NCBI GenBank assembly: GCA_903905445.1
Contig: CAIVGO010000673.1
Span: 1-60,516 of the forward strand
Source: an uncultured Bacteroidota bacterium
GTDB lineage: Bacteria > Bacteroidota > Bacteroidia > Chitinophagales > Saprospiraceae
Length of the DNA: 60,516 nt
Direction: 5' to 3'
Below the pieces are notes generated by a model. The model saw only the letters and a program-made list of their open reading frames with translations, had not been told where the DNA came from and made no database searches. Positions 8,234 to 17,738 of the stretch are shown here, in pieces (positions within the stretch are counted from its first letter, which is position 1; the number at the start of each line of letters is the position of its first letter). Both the position numbers and the translations under genes were made by a program.

Positions 8234-9541
8234 ATGACTTTGCTTATGATTGGATATCTAAATTATCCAGTATTTTGGGGCATGGATACAATTTCACGCG
8301 AAGAACTTGAACTTCGGTTTGAAGCCGTTTATGGAACCGCGGTAGATGGCATTATTATCATCAACCAACATGGCCACATTGAATCAGTCAACCCCTCAGC
8401 CTGCCGTTTATTTGGCTACGATAAGGATGAAATGGTCGGTGATAAGGTAACTAAATTGATGCCAAGCCCACATCGAGAGGCACACCATGGATATATTAAC
8501 CAATATCTCGATACAGGAAATAAAAAAATTATCGGCACCGGAAGGGAGGTTTTGGGCCTGAAAAAAGATGGCACGACTTTCCCTTTTTGGCTGAGTGTCA
8601 GTGAGTTTCGACTAAAAGACCAGATCGTTTTTACAGGCTTCATTCATGATATTAGCCAACTGAAAAATGCCGAATATGAAGTAAAACAACTCAATGCAGC
8701 CTTAGAAGCAAAAGTCAGCGAGCGCACCGAACAACTCGCCGATGTCGTCAATCGCTTGCTCGCCTCCAATAAAAAACTGGAACGAGAGGTACACGAACGC
8801 CAAGCCGCACAACATGCCCTACACCAAAAACAGGAAGAACTCGTACAAGCCCTGGAACGTGAAAAAGAACTCAGTGAACTCAAATCGCGCTTTGTGAGCA
8901 TGGCCAGTCATGAATTCAGAACACCACTGGCCACGATTCAGTCTTCGGCAGCCTTGGTTCGACGTTACACCGAATCTAATAACGTAGATCGTCAACTATT
9001 TCACCTCGAAAAAATTCGATCTACCGTAAATAACCTCACGAGCATCCTCAATGACTTCCTCTCCCTCACCAAATTGGAAGAAGGTCGTGTGGCCAACAAC
9101 CCCGAATGGTTTGATATCGAAAAATTTTGCTCCGATACCATGGAAGAAATTCGCGGATTGGCGAAAACCGGGCAACAACTCCGCTTGGAATTTGATGGCG
9201 AAAATCGCATTGTCTATTTAGACCCACGCCTGCTTAAAAACGTGCTCTACAACTTGTTATCCAACGCAATTAAATATTCGGAAAAAGATATTTTGTGTAG
9301 CGTATTGTTGAGCCCAACCAAATTATTGATTCAAGTCATCGACCATGGGCTCGGAATCCCGCAAGCCGATCAAATTCATTTGTTCGACCGCTTTTTCCGT
9401 GCAAGTAATGTTACAAACATTCAGGGCGTTGGACTCGGTATGAATATCGTAAAACGGTATATGGAGATTCTACAAGGTGAAATTTCTTTTGACAGCACAG
9501 AAGGGAAAGGGACTACATTTACCTTACTGTTTTCATTGTAA
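8234..9541 (+). CDS. PAS-domain sensor histidine kinase (cytoplasmic)
   Basis: PAS (DGIIIINQHG...NPSACRLFGY), coiled coil, H-box SHEFRTPLATI, N-box LLSNAIKYS, G-boxes DHGLGIP and GVGLGMNIV. The start could instead be the ATG at 8282. Confidence 0.85.
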   Translation: MTLLMIGYLNYPVFWGMDTISREELELRFEAVYGTAVDGIIIINQHGHIESVNPSACRLFGYDKDEMVGDKVTKLMPSPHREAHHGYINQYLDTGNKKIIGTGREVLGLKKDGTTFPFWLSVSEFRLKDQIVFTGFIHDISQLKNAEYEVKQLNAALEAKVSERTEQLADVVNRLLASNKKLEREVHERQAAQHALHQKQEELVQALEREKELSELKSRFVSMASHEFRTPLATIQSSAALVRRYTESNNVDRQLFHLEKIRSTVNNLTSILNDFLSLTKLEEGRVANNPEWFDIEKFCSDTMEEIRGLAKTGQQLRLEFDGENRIVYLDPRLLKNVLYNLLSNAIKYSEKDILCSVLLSPTKLLIQVIDHGLGIPQADQIHLFDRFFRASNVTNIQGVGLGMNIVKRYMEILQGEISFDSTEGKGTTFTLLFSL

Positions 9542-9592
9542 TACTTTCTATCTTGCCGCCTCAACCGTTTGTTACACCAGCCTATTCGTAGT

Positions 9593-10633
9593 ATGAAAAA
9601 GATTCTCATTATTGAGGACAATGCCGATGTTCGAGAGAACCTGGCTGAAATCCTAGAATTGAGCAATTACCAAACGATCACCGCAGAAAATGGCAAAATT
9701 GGCGTAGACAAGGCCTTGCGGGAACTGCCAGACTTAATTCTTTGTGACGTAATGATGCCCGAGCTGGATGGCTTTGGCGTATTGCATATTTTGGGCCGAA
9801 ACCACAAAACAGCCGATATTCCCTTCGTTTTTTTGACCGCTAAAAGTGAAAAAGAAGATTTTAGAAGGGGCATGTCTTTAGGTGCTGATGACTATATCGT
9901 CAAGCCATTTGATGACGAGCAACTGATGCAAACCATCGAAGCACGCCTGCGCAAAAGCGAACGCCTCCGTGCGGCAAGTGTTGCGGCCTCCGGTTCACTG
10001 GACTCCTTTATTAATGAGGCACGGGCCAATGAAATGCTGCAAACCTTATCAACCGACCGTGAAAGCCGCCATTTCAGAAAGAAAGATGTCGTTTTTAAAG
10101 AAGGTGAAATGCCGCGTTGGCTGTATTTTGTAGAAAGTGGGCAGGTCAAAATTTTCAAAACCAGCGAAGATGGCCGCGAATTGATCGTAAAAATTGCCAA
10201 AGCTGGCGATTTCTTGGGTTATCTGGCATTGCTTAAAAATGACTATTACCCCGAAAGCGCCTCTTCGCTAGACGATGCCGTTATTCGCCTGATTCCTAAA
10301 GACGATTTTCAAACGCTGGTTACCGGCAACCGCGATGTAGCCAGCTCTTTCCTCAAAATGCTGGCGAGCCACGTTGCCGAACGAGAACAACAATTGCTCG
10401 ATCTTGCCTATAATTCGGTGCGACGCAGGGCTGCTACGGCGCTGATTTACTTATACAATCAGGGTAACCGCGAAATTCACCTGCTCCGTGAAGACCTCGC
10501 CGCATTGGCTGGGACCGCAAAAGAAACCTTGATACGTACCCTGACCGACTTTAAAAATGAAAACCTGATTGAAATTAAAGAAGGGGTCATTTTTATTACT
10601 CAAATCGAAAAATTGCGCAATATGCCCAATTAA
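9593..10633 (+). CDS. Hybrid response regulator: REC + cyclic-nucleotide-binding + Crp-type HTH
   Basis: REC (KILIIEDN, DLILCDVMMPELDG, FLTAKS, K-P-F), then a cNMP-binding fold (FKEGEMPRWLYFVESGQVKIF...GRELIV), then the HTH (LREDLAALAGTAKETLIRTLTDF). Start set at ATG 9593; the track start is a TTG. Confidence 0.8.
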   Translation: MKKILIIEDNADVRENLAEILELSNYQTITAENGKIGVDKALRELPDLILCDVMMPELDGFGVLHILGRNHKTADIPFVFLTAKSEKEDFRRGMSLGADDYIVKPFDDEQLMQTIEARLRKSERLRAASVAASGSLDSFINEARANEMLQTLSTDRESRHFRKKDVVFKEGEMPRWLYFVESGQVKIFKTSEDGRELIVKIAKAGDFLGYLALLKNDYYPESASSLDDAVIRLIPKDDFQTLVTGNRDVASSFLKMLASHVAEREQQLLDLAYNSVRRRAATALIYLYNQGNREIHLLREDLAALAGTAKETLIRTLTDFKNENLIEIKEGVIFITQIEKLRNMPN

Positions 10634-10637
10634 TCTG

Positions 10638-11507
10638 ATGAAAACCTGGATTTCCATAGTCATGCTCGGGCTTTGCAACCTTGCATTGCTCTCCGCACAA
10701 GGCCCTTTAGATGGCTACTTAAAAGGAGCGAAGACGCTAGACCTAGCACCTTCCTTTTCATTTTTATCGGCCAAAACGTTTTTAGGAGCCCAACAGCAAA
10801 AATTTGATGCACCTTATCGTGGGAGCATGCTCAGCCTGTTTGCAGAATACGGACTTACTGAAAAAGTGGACCTGGTGGCTACTGCCGCAACCGTTTTTAC
10901 TGCAAACCAAAGCGGACTGCAAGACGGAGGGCTGTATATAAAGTACCGACCCGTTTACGCCCAATTAAAAAAAGCAGGTAAACTTGGGATTCTTTTCGGG
11001 ACAGGTGCAAGTTTCCCTCTGGCCAACTACTCCCCCACCGCAACGGGCGCAATTGGCCAAAAAGCAACCTCAGTACCTGCTCGACTAATCATACAGTGGG
11101 AAACCCCTTTAGGGCTGTTTTTTAACCTGACCGGTGGCTATAACTTTCGCCTGGACGATTTAAAAGAAAAAGATATTGCACTAATTAGACTCCAAAGGCC
11201 GAACTATGTGCCAATAGACCCTGTAAATTATAGTACCTACTTGTTTAAAGTAGGGTTTCCTGCCCGCTTTTATTACCTGGACGCCTGGATAGAACACCAA
11301 TATACTAAAGGGGGCGCCGATTATGTGTTTAACGTCAGTGATTTGCCACAAGCATATGGGGTTAGTTATACCCAAATTGGGGGCACTGCCTATTATTCTG
11401 AATCGGGCAAGTTGGGCTTCTACCTGAGCGGGGCGTACACTATAAGTGGCCGGAATACCAGTCAAATTATGCGTATCACGACCGGAATTGTCTTAAAATT
11501 CAAATAA
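10638..11507 (+). CDS. Putative outer-membrane beta-barrel protein
   Basis: Signal peptide MKTWISIVMLGLCNLALLSAQ, alternating amphipathic strands, aromatic C-terminus (VLKFK). Family not identified. Confidence 0.5.
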   Translation: MKTWISIVMLGLCNLALLSAQGPLDGYLKGAKTLDLAPSFSFLSAKTFLGAQQQKFDAPYRGSMLSLFAEYGLTEKVDLVATAATVFTANQSGLQDGGLYIKYRPVYAQLKKAGKLGILFGTGASFPLANYSPTATGAIGQKATSVPARLIIQWETPLGLFFNLTGGYNFRLDDLKEKDIALIRLQRPNYVPIDPVNYSTYLFKVGFPARFYYLDAWIEHQYTKGGADYVFNVSDLPQAYGVSYTQIGGTAYYSESGKLGFYLSGAYTISGRNTSQIMRITTGIVLKFK

Positions 11508-11512
11508 ACCAA

Positions 11513-12421
11513 CTACTTACGAATGTGAATTTCGTAGGTTTTACCCGCCTTATTCGTCAACTTGCCATCTATCAGCCAAGGGTTGTACAACTTTAACATC
11601 CGGTAACTGGTACCTTGTTCCTGTGCAAAATCGCCCCAACTCGGTACGGCCTTACTCACTTTTACCACTTTATAGTCGTTCATCTGTGGATAAAGATGTT
11701 CCTTTTCGATGGTATACTCATAGAGTGCCGGATTTTCCATTACTTCCTTGATCGCCATAATCCGAAAAGGATAACGCATGGTTTCATCGGCGGCTAAATT
11801 GAGGTCAAAAAAGTTTTTCGCGTGTTGTTTGGCCATTTCCTGGCTGATCCGATCGGGGCCGCCATTGTAGGCTGCTGCTGCCAATACCCAACTTCCAAGC
11901 CGCTCTTTTTGCCCTTTCAGGTATTTACAAGCAGCATGGGTTGATTTTTCGAGGTGATAGCGCTCGTCCACTTCTTCGGTTACCTCCAGGTTAAAATCGG
12001 CGGCTGCACTTTTCATAAACTGCCATACTCCACGCGCACCTACCGGCGAAACAACGTTCGACAAGGCACTTTCCGCAACCGCCAGGTACTTTAAATCTGC
12101 CGGAACACCTTCTGCCTTTAAAATCGGCTCGATTATCGGGAAGATGGCATTGGCCCGCTTGATTGCCAAAATGGTTTGCGAATGAAAATAAACGTTCCGC
12201 AACAACTCGGCGTCTAGGCGCTGGCGTACATCAAAATTATCCATGGGGAATTTTTCACCGCAAAAGACAAAATCTTTGTCGAGATCAATAGAGCGCACCC
12301 TTTGCTCCGGACCAGTTCCATCGCCGTTCCCTTTGAAGGAGGATACAAAAAAAAGACCAACACCAAGTGCCAATATTCCATTGAGTATCAACAACAAACG
12401 ATTATTTTGGATCCAGCTCAT
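11513..12421 (-). CDS. Lytic transglycosylase (SLT domain) protein, membrane anchored
   Basis: AESALSNVVSPVGARGVWQFM and AAYNGGP motifs. One N-terminal transmembrane segment. Confidence 0.8.
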   Translation of the reverse strand: MSWIQNNRLLLILNGILALGVGLFFVSSFKGNGDGTGPEQRVRSIDLDKDFVFCGEKFPMDNFDVRQRLDAELLRNVYFHSQTILAIKRANAIFPIIEPILKAEGVPADLKYLAVAESALSNVVSPVGARGVWQFMKSAAADFNLEVTEEVDERYHLEKSTHAACKYLKGQKERLGSWVLAAAAYNGGPDRISQEMAKQHAKNFFDLNLAADETMRYPFRIMAIKEVMENPALYEYTIEKEHLYPQMNDYKVVKVSKAVPSWGDFAQEQGTSYRMLKLYNPWLIDGKLTNKAGKTYEIHIRK

Positions 12422-12481
12422 ATATTGATTGCTTTAAACCTGCCTGAAAAATTCAACACAAAGATAAGTCAAAATTTACCC

Positions 12482-13810
12482 CTAAAAAACCAGCGACGCA
12501 CCTGCCCTTAAATTCAATGCGGGTGTATTTCTTGGGGTAAATACATTTGCCAGATTATCAGACATCAGATACAACTGAAAAGGGCCTGGCTTTAGGATGA
12601 ATTGCATACCAATATTTGCAACGGAACGGTCGTCTACACTGTACATCGCCGCGATCGTTGCCCATTTAATGGGTGACCACCGTGCACTAAATCCAAGTGC
12701 CGAATGCGTTTGTGCCCCCGATTGTTTGTAAAAACTCGCTCCAAAGGTCCAGCGCGTATTCAACATAAAGGAAAAACTCGCGTAATATCGCGTCGGCAGA
12801 CTGGTACTAAATTCCTTAGGCGTTTTTACAAACTTAAAAATATCATTGAGCGTATCTATTTTAGAATCAAAGTCTAAACTATCACCGCCATTGATAATGT
12901 CTGTCCCTGGAAAGACGGCGCCTTCATATTCGTACGTGCCATTGCTTTTATAATAATTGGCGTTTTCGGTCCAATTGATCTTGCCTTTCCAATCAAGTAC
13001 ACTTGCACTCACCCGAATACGCTTGGTGAGTTGCCAATTAAACCCAAAATCATAGGCTATACCGGTGTTGGCGGTAAAGGCCTTTCCATTCAGCGAACCC
13101 AGTGAAACCCTAAATCCATAACCGGCAGTATCAAAGGCCGAAATAATGGAAGAGGAGTTAAAAGCATAATCGGTATTAAGGGTCAGTTGATAAATATCGG
13201 GATTGGTGTATATCTCCGCTTTGTGGTGGTTTTCATCCGATTCCAACGCGCTTACGCCCGTGAGGAACTTCATTTTTGCACCAATGGTCAGATTTCCGAA
13301 GCTGCGCATTGCGCCGACGCTCCACTCATTCCAGTTAAAAAGCGCGATTTTTGGGCCAATATTTAAGGTTTGCCCAATATAGGGCGCATTTCCGTTCCAC
13401 AACAAGGCGGGTAAATCTTTCGGATAGGTAACTGCACCCGTAAAACGATTGGCGTGCCCAGCTTGAAGCGCCCACTTTTTGGAGAGGCGCAAACCTATAG
13501 AAACCGTTTCAATCCGCTGGTCGAAGTGTACGGTATTTTCAGGGTCCAATTTGTCAATCGCTGCACCAAAATCGATATACCGAATGCCATTCCTTTTGGC
13601 ATAAATGTCATTTAGGGTCAAATTGCCAGAATGTGCCGCATCCAGGGCATAGGCAGGCAAGCCGATAACCAGGCGTTTCTCTTGTGGAAAAAAAGCCGGA
13701 TTGGTCGCGTTGCTGTGCCACAATTCAGGAGCAGATTGGAGCATCAGTTCCTGTTGAGCAGACAAATGCACACACAGGAATAAGAGGAGTAATAAGGTGC
13801 TTAAGCGCAT
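12482..13810 (-). CDS. Hypothetical outer-membrane beta-barrel protein (weak PorP/SprF-like N-terminus)
   Basis: Signal ...HLSAQQ, then ...NATNPAFFP, reminiscent of the AQQ..NPAYAG start of PorP/SprF. Strand-rich sequence ending ...AGASLVF. Confidence 0.45.
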   Translation of the reverse strand: MRLSTLLLLLFLCVHLSAQQELMLQSAPELWHSNATNPAFFPQEKRLVIGLPAYALDAAHSGNLTLNDIYAKRNGIRYIDFGAAIDKLDPENTVHFDQRIETVSIGLRLSKKWALQAGHANRFTGAVTYPKDLPALLWNGNAPYIGQTLNIGPKIALFNWNEWSVGAMRSFGNLTIGAKMKFLTGVSALESDENHHKAEIYTNPDIYQLTLNTDYAFNSSSIISAFDTAGYGFRVSLGSLNGKAFTANTGIAYDFGFNWQLTKRIRVSASVLDWKGKINWTENANYYKSNGTYEYEGAVFPGTDIINGGDSLDFDSKIDTLNDIFKFVKTPKEFSTSLPTRYYASFSFMLNTRWTFGASFYKQSGAQTHSALGFSARWSPIKWATIAAMYSVDDRSVANIGMQFILKPGPFQLYLMSDNLANVFTPRNTPALNLRAGASLVF

Positions 13811-13841
13811 AATAATGGGTAAATGTGGAATAAAAATGATG

Positions 13842-15422
13842 TTACAGCCTTGTTTTAACTTTCAATCCCATTTTGATCACAACCTGATCCGTTGCGAGCA
13901 ATTTAACGGGAACTTGACCTCCATCGGCCGTAGTGAAAGCAGCCTGAAGCACTGCTTTCTTGGTGGTACGTACCCGTTCGAAACGGGCTATAGACATTGG
14001 AATGAAATTCTCTTTACGAGTAACGCCACTTACAATGCCTTGCGCATTCACCGGGGCTGCATTCATGATAAACTGCGGGCCACCTACAAACAAGGAATCA
14101 ACCTTGTTTTCATTTTCATCCAAAAAGAAAATTTGTACCGCAGCAGAAATTGCCGTTTGGTTCTCTGTCACTAATTTGAATTCCACCGCTTCAATTTCAG
14201 TGGTATCAAGCGCCGAATAGGTTCCAAAATCCAAGTCCAGCGTCTGGTCGGTTTGGAAGTTATCCGCCGATCCCTCCAAGAGCAATTCTACGCCCACGCT
14301 CAATTTGATGTTGCTGCTATCGGTGAGAAAACCAATTACATTTGGATCCAGGTTGGCATTAGAAATACCCTCGACTTCATACACCAGCCTTGTAGGTTGT
14401 GCGTTGAAGATTTCCGCAATATTTGAATTGGTTTCATCCATTTTCAAATAGGTGTATTTCGTTTGCCCAACCTCATTTTTTGTAAAATCCGGGAATTCAA
14501 AATCTACCGCATCATCCACAAAAATGGTGCTGTTCAGTTTGTATTCGGTGCCATCTTTTCCGATAAAACTCAGGTATTTGATTTTACCACGGGTTGGGAA
14601 GCCCCATGAGTTGGAAATTTTCATGGTCACCTTCGGGTTTTTCACCTTTACATTTCCATCCAGGTTGGTTTGGTTCAGGTCAATTTCAATCGTATCGCGC
14701 GTGAGCGGATAGGAAGAATACCCCCAATAACCTTGCAGGTAAGAAAAAGTTAAGTTTTGGAAGGAAACAAACACGGGTGCAAAACCGCCATTGATGGATG
14801 GAAATGCGATTCGTACCCCATCCTTATTATAGGCATAGTACTTAAACTCCAGTAGATTGCTACCAGACAGCAAAATATTGCCACTCAAGTCGATCGGTGG
14901 AGAAATCCAAACCGTATTTGGAGTAGGTGGCACCGTAAATGGGTAATTAAAAACGACGCCATTGGCCGACATCTGGGTGATTTCAAAAATGCCGCTTACC
15001 GTATCGGTTGTATTGTTGTAAATGATCAGGGTAATCGTACCCGATTTGATATCCGCGCGCGTAACGGTAACCCCATCAGGTGCCTGAATGGGGCTAGAAC
15101 TTACAGAATCGGCGATAGGAACCAACCCATTTTCGAGAAAATTAAAGATATCCGTGGCTTTCTTTTCGGCAACATCCCCTGTATAAATAAGGGTCATCGA
15201 ATTATCCGAGTTGATATAAAGGGTATCCCCTGAAAGTGTATCATTTAAGATGTTCAGCATCAAATCTTTCATCAAAAGATCCGTGCTGAAAAGTGGGAAA
15301 GCAAACTCGGCGGTGTGATCGGATATTTCTACCTGCTCAAGGTCTTCTCTGGTACAAGCACTAAAAAAGCCTGAAAAAAGCGAAAAGGCGATTACAAAAA
15401 CAAGGACAGTTTTTACACGCAT
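13842..15422 (-). CDS. Hypothetical lipoprotein (~526 aa)
   Basis: Canonical lipoprotein signal MRVKTVLVFVIAFSLFSGFFSAC from the internal ATG. Thr/Asn-rich, beta-rich, no recognised motifs. A 31-nt gap separates it from the downstream OMP gene. Confidence 0.55.
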   Translation of the reverse strand: MRVKTVLVFVIAFSLFSGFFSACTREDLEQVEISDHTAEFAFPLFSTDLLMKDLMLNILNDTLSGDTLYINSDNSMTLIYTGDVAEKKATDIFNFLENGLVPIADSVSSSPIQAPDGVTVTRADIKSGTITLIIYNNTTDTVSGIFEITQMSANGVVFNYPFTVPPTPNTVWISPPIDLSGNILLSGSNLLEFKYYAYNKDGVRIAFPSINGGFAPVFVSFQNLTFSYLQGYWGYSSYPLTRDTIEIDLNQTNLDGNVKVKNPKVTMKISNSWGFPTRGKIKYLSFIGKDGTEYKLNSTIFVDDAVDFEFPDFTKNEVGQTKYTYLKMDETNSNIAEIFNAQPTRLVYEVEGISNANLDPNVIGFLTDSSNIKLSVGVELLLEGSADNFQTDQTLDLDFGTYSALDTTEIEAVEFKLVTENQTAISAAVQIFFLDENENKVDSLFVGGPQFIMNAAPVNAQGIVSGVTRKENFIPMSIARFERVRTTKKAVLQAAFTTADGGQVPVKLLATDQVVIKMGLKVKTRL

Positions 15423-15571
15423 TAGATGGGTTGTTAAGATTAAGAGAAGTGAACAGAAACGCTTCTGCAAATTTAAGGTATTATCGGTCGTCGGAAAGGA
15501 TTAAAAAGGCAAAACCTGCAGGTTGTATCGCCCAACATGCAGGTTTCACACTGAAATGCTCAAAAAATACA

Positions 15572-16450
15572 TTAAAAACTGAAGCCAACGGAGGCTTGAA
15601 TTTGAAAATTGTGGTCTTTATCATCTAAAAAGCGGAAATTACCCGTATTATCCAAAGACCCCTTGGAAGCGTCCGCGCTGTTGTTGGTCAGGTCGGCAAA
15701 GCCATATTGTACCCGTACGCCTGCATACAAAGAGGAACTGAGGTAATACGCCACACCGCCGATTAAGCCATAATCGAAGTTATTGAAAGCCTTGCTGTTG
15801 CTGTCCGGAAAATCATAATAAGCACCCAAGGTTTTAGGCATCTGAATGTTTCTGGCATCGACCTTTACCAATAATTGATCGGTGCCAATACCTTTACCCG
15901 GATCATCCCGGCGATAATTATAACTCAAATTATACTCCACATCGGCGACCGGGTTGTTCAAGGGTGCAGCAGTTTTTCCACCGGTATAACTCAACGAGCC
16001 TTCGCCTATGGTTTGAACCAATACGGAACCATAAACACCGCCAGACACTTCAAAATCACCTAAACGGGCAAATGCCATCACAGGAAGATCAAAATATGCA
16101 TTGTTAATCTTGAGCAAATACTTAGAATTGCCGGTAGTAATGGTTCTTCCACCATCATAACGAAAAACCCGGAATGAAGGGCCATCAAAGGAATACTTTA
16201 CCCCTTTTTTGCTGTATAATAATTCGCCCCGCACGCCAAAATGATCCGTAAAATTGTATCCAAAGGTCATTCCAATGTGAAATCCGGTAATATTCTCAAA
16301 GGTTTCCAGGTTTTTGCCATTGGCATCCTGTTCGGATGGAGCCGAAAAACGTGAAAAATTCAGGCCGGTTTTAAATCCGTACCGCAATTGCGCCTGCAAC
16401 CCGAAAGAAAGCAGGCAAAACAACAACACACCAGTAATTTTTAATTGCAT
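15572..16450 (-). CDS. Porin-family outer-membrane beta-barrel protein
   Basis: Signal ...GLQAQ, then LRYGFKTGLNFS, typical of Bacteroidota OMP_b-brl_2-type proteins. C-terminal ...ASVGFSF. Confidence 0.65.
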   Translation of the reverse strand: MQLKITGVLLFCLLSFGLQAQLRYGFKTGLNFSRFSAPSEQDANGKNLETFENITGFHIGMTFGYNFTDHFGVRGELLYSKKGVKYSFDGPSFRVFRYDGGRTITTGNSKYLLKINNAYFDLPVMAFARLGDFEVSGGVYGSVLVQTIGEGSLSYTGGKTAAPLNNPVADVEYNLSYNYRRDDPGKGIGTDQLLVKVDARNIQMPKTLGAYYDFPDSNSKAFNNFDYGLIGGVAYYLSSSLYAGVRVQYGFADLTNNSADASKGSLDNTGNFRFLDDKDHNFQIQASVGFSF

Positions 16451-16662
16451 GGTTCAAATAGATTGAATGATTAATTCGGTTTGGAAGGGTAAAAATAGCC
16501 ACTTTCGGTCAACTTTCTTTTTTCAAATAAGTTAAAAGCGAAACAAGCACAGCAGCGACCGCCGCAAAAGTACATTTTTCTAAACATCCGAAGATCGACC
16601 TTGCTTTTGTCCTGTATAGCTAAACGTTTGAAAATTCCAAGCTGCTGTTTGAGATACGGTCT

Positions 16663-16670
16663 TATCTTTG
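16663..16670 (+). promoter_or_regulatory. -7 box TATCTTTG upstream of paaB
   Basis: Exact TAnnTTTG match, 35 nt upstream of the ATG at 16705. Confidence 0.5.
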
Positions 16671-16704
16671 CAGGCGCTAACCAATAAATTCAAATATCCA
16701 ACAC

Positions 16705-16983
16705 ATGAAAGACTGGCCGCTTTGGGAAGTTTTTATCCGGTCCAAACAAGGACTAAGCCACAAACATGTTGGCAGTTTGCACGCCACCGATGCTGCCATG
16801 GCACTCGAAAATGCCCGGGATGTGTACACCCGACGCAATGAAGGCATCAGTATTTGGGTTGTCGAATCTGCCCATATTCATGCATCTACCGAAGATCCTG
16901 AGGCATTCTTTGACCCCGCAAACGATAAAATCTACCGCCATCCGACGTTTTACGACCTGCCGGATGAAGTAAAGCACATGTAA
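16705..16983 (+). CDS. paaB: 1,2-phenylacetyl-CoA epoxidase subunit B
   Basis: WPLWEVFIRSKQGLSHKHVGSLHA...ALENARDVYTRR...YRHPTFY aligns closely with recalled E. coli PaaB. Confidence 0.9.
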   Translation: MKDWPLWEVFIRSKQGLSHKHVGSLHATDAAMALENARDVYTRRNEGISIWVVESAHIHASTEDPEAFFDPANDKIYRHPTFYDLPDEVKHM

Positions 16984-16984
16984 T

Positions 16985-17737
16985 ATGCATAACCAACATT
17001 TAAAATATGTGTTGTCGCTCGCCGATAACGCCCTCATTCTTTCGCAACGACTCGGTGAATGGTGCGGACATGGCCCGGTGCTGGAACAAGATATCGCCTT
17101 GGCCAATATTGCACTGGACTTACTCGGACAAGCCCGAATGTTGTATGATTACGCAGGCGAAATAGAAGGCGCTGGCCGTACCGATGATGATTTTGCCTAT
17201 TTCCGCGATGTGCACCAGTTTTACAATGTCATGCTGGTAGAACAAGCCAACCAGGACTGGGCCTATACAATGGCACGGCAATTTTTCTTTGATACGTTTC
17301 ACTTCTACAACTGGCAGGCATTGTGCCACAGTAAAGACCCGCGTTTGGCTGAAATTGCAGAAAAATCACTCAAAGAAGTGACCTACCACCTCCGCTTTTC
17401 GGCTGAATGGATGCTGCGACTGGGTGACGGTACTGCCCTGAGCAATCAAAAAATTCAAACTGCGGTGGACGACCTTTGGATGTTTACCGGGGAGTTGACC
17501 ACCCCCACTGAAACGGATCAATGGGCTGCTGCGGCTGAAATTGCCCCCGACTTTACCCTGCTTAAACAGGCCTGGGAGCAAAAAACGGATGCAATATTAG
17601 CCGAGGCCACTTTAACCAAGCCCACCAATGATTGGATGCAAACGGGTGGAAAAGATGGTCGACACACCGAACAACTGGGTTTTATCCTCGCAGAAATGCA
17701 ACATCTGCAACGCACCTACCCGGGACAAAAATGGTAA
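16985..17737 (+). CDS. paaC: 1,2-phenylacetyl-CoA epoxidase subunit C
   Basis: LADNALILSQRLGEWCGHGP..LALANIALDLLGQAR...YHLRFS...GGKDGRHTEQLG..LAEMQHLQRTYPGQKW matches recalled E. coli PaaC end to end. Confidence 0.9.
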   Translation: MHNQHLKYVLSLADNALILSQRLGEWCGHGPVLEQDIALANIALDLLGQARMLYDYAGEIEGAGRTDDDFAYFRDVHQFYNVMLVEQANQDWAYTMARQFFFDTFHFYNWQALCHSKDPRLAEIAEKSLKEVTYHLRFSAEWMLRLGDGTALSNQKIQTAVDDLWMFTGELTTPTETDQWAAAAEIAPDFTLLKQAWEQKTDAILAEATLTKPTNDWMQTGGKDGRHTEQLGFILAEMQHLQRTYPGQKW

Positions 17738-17738
17738 T

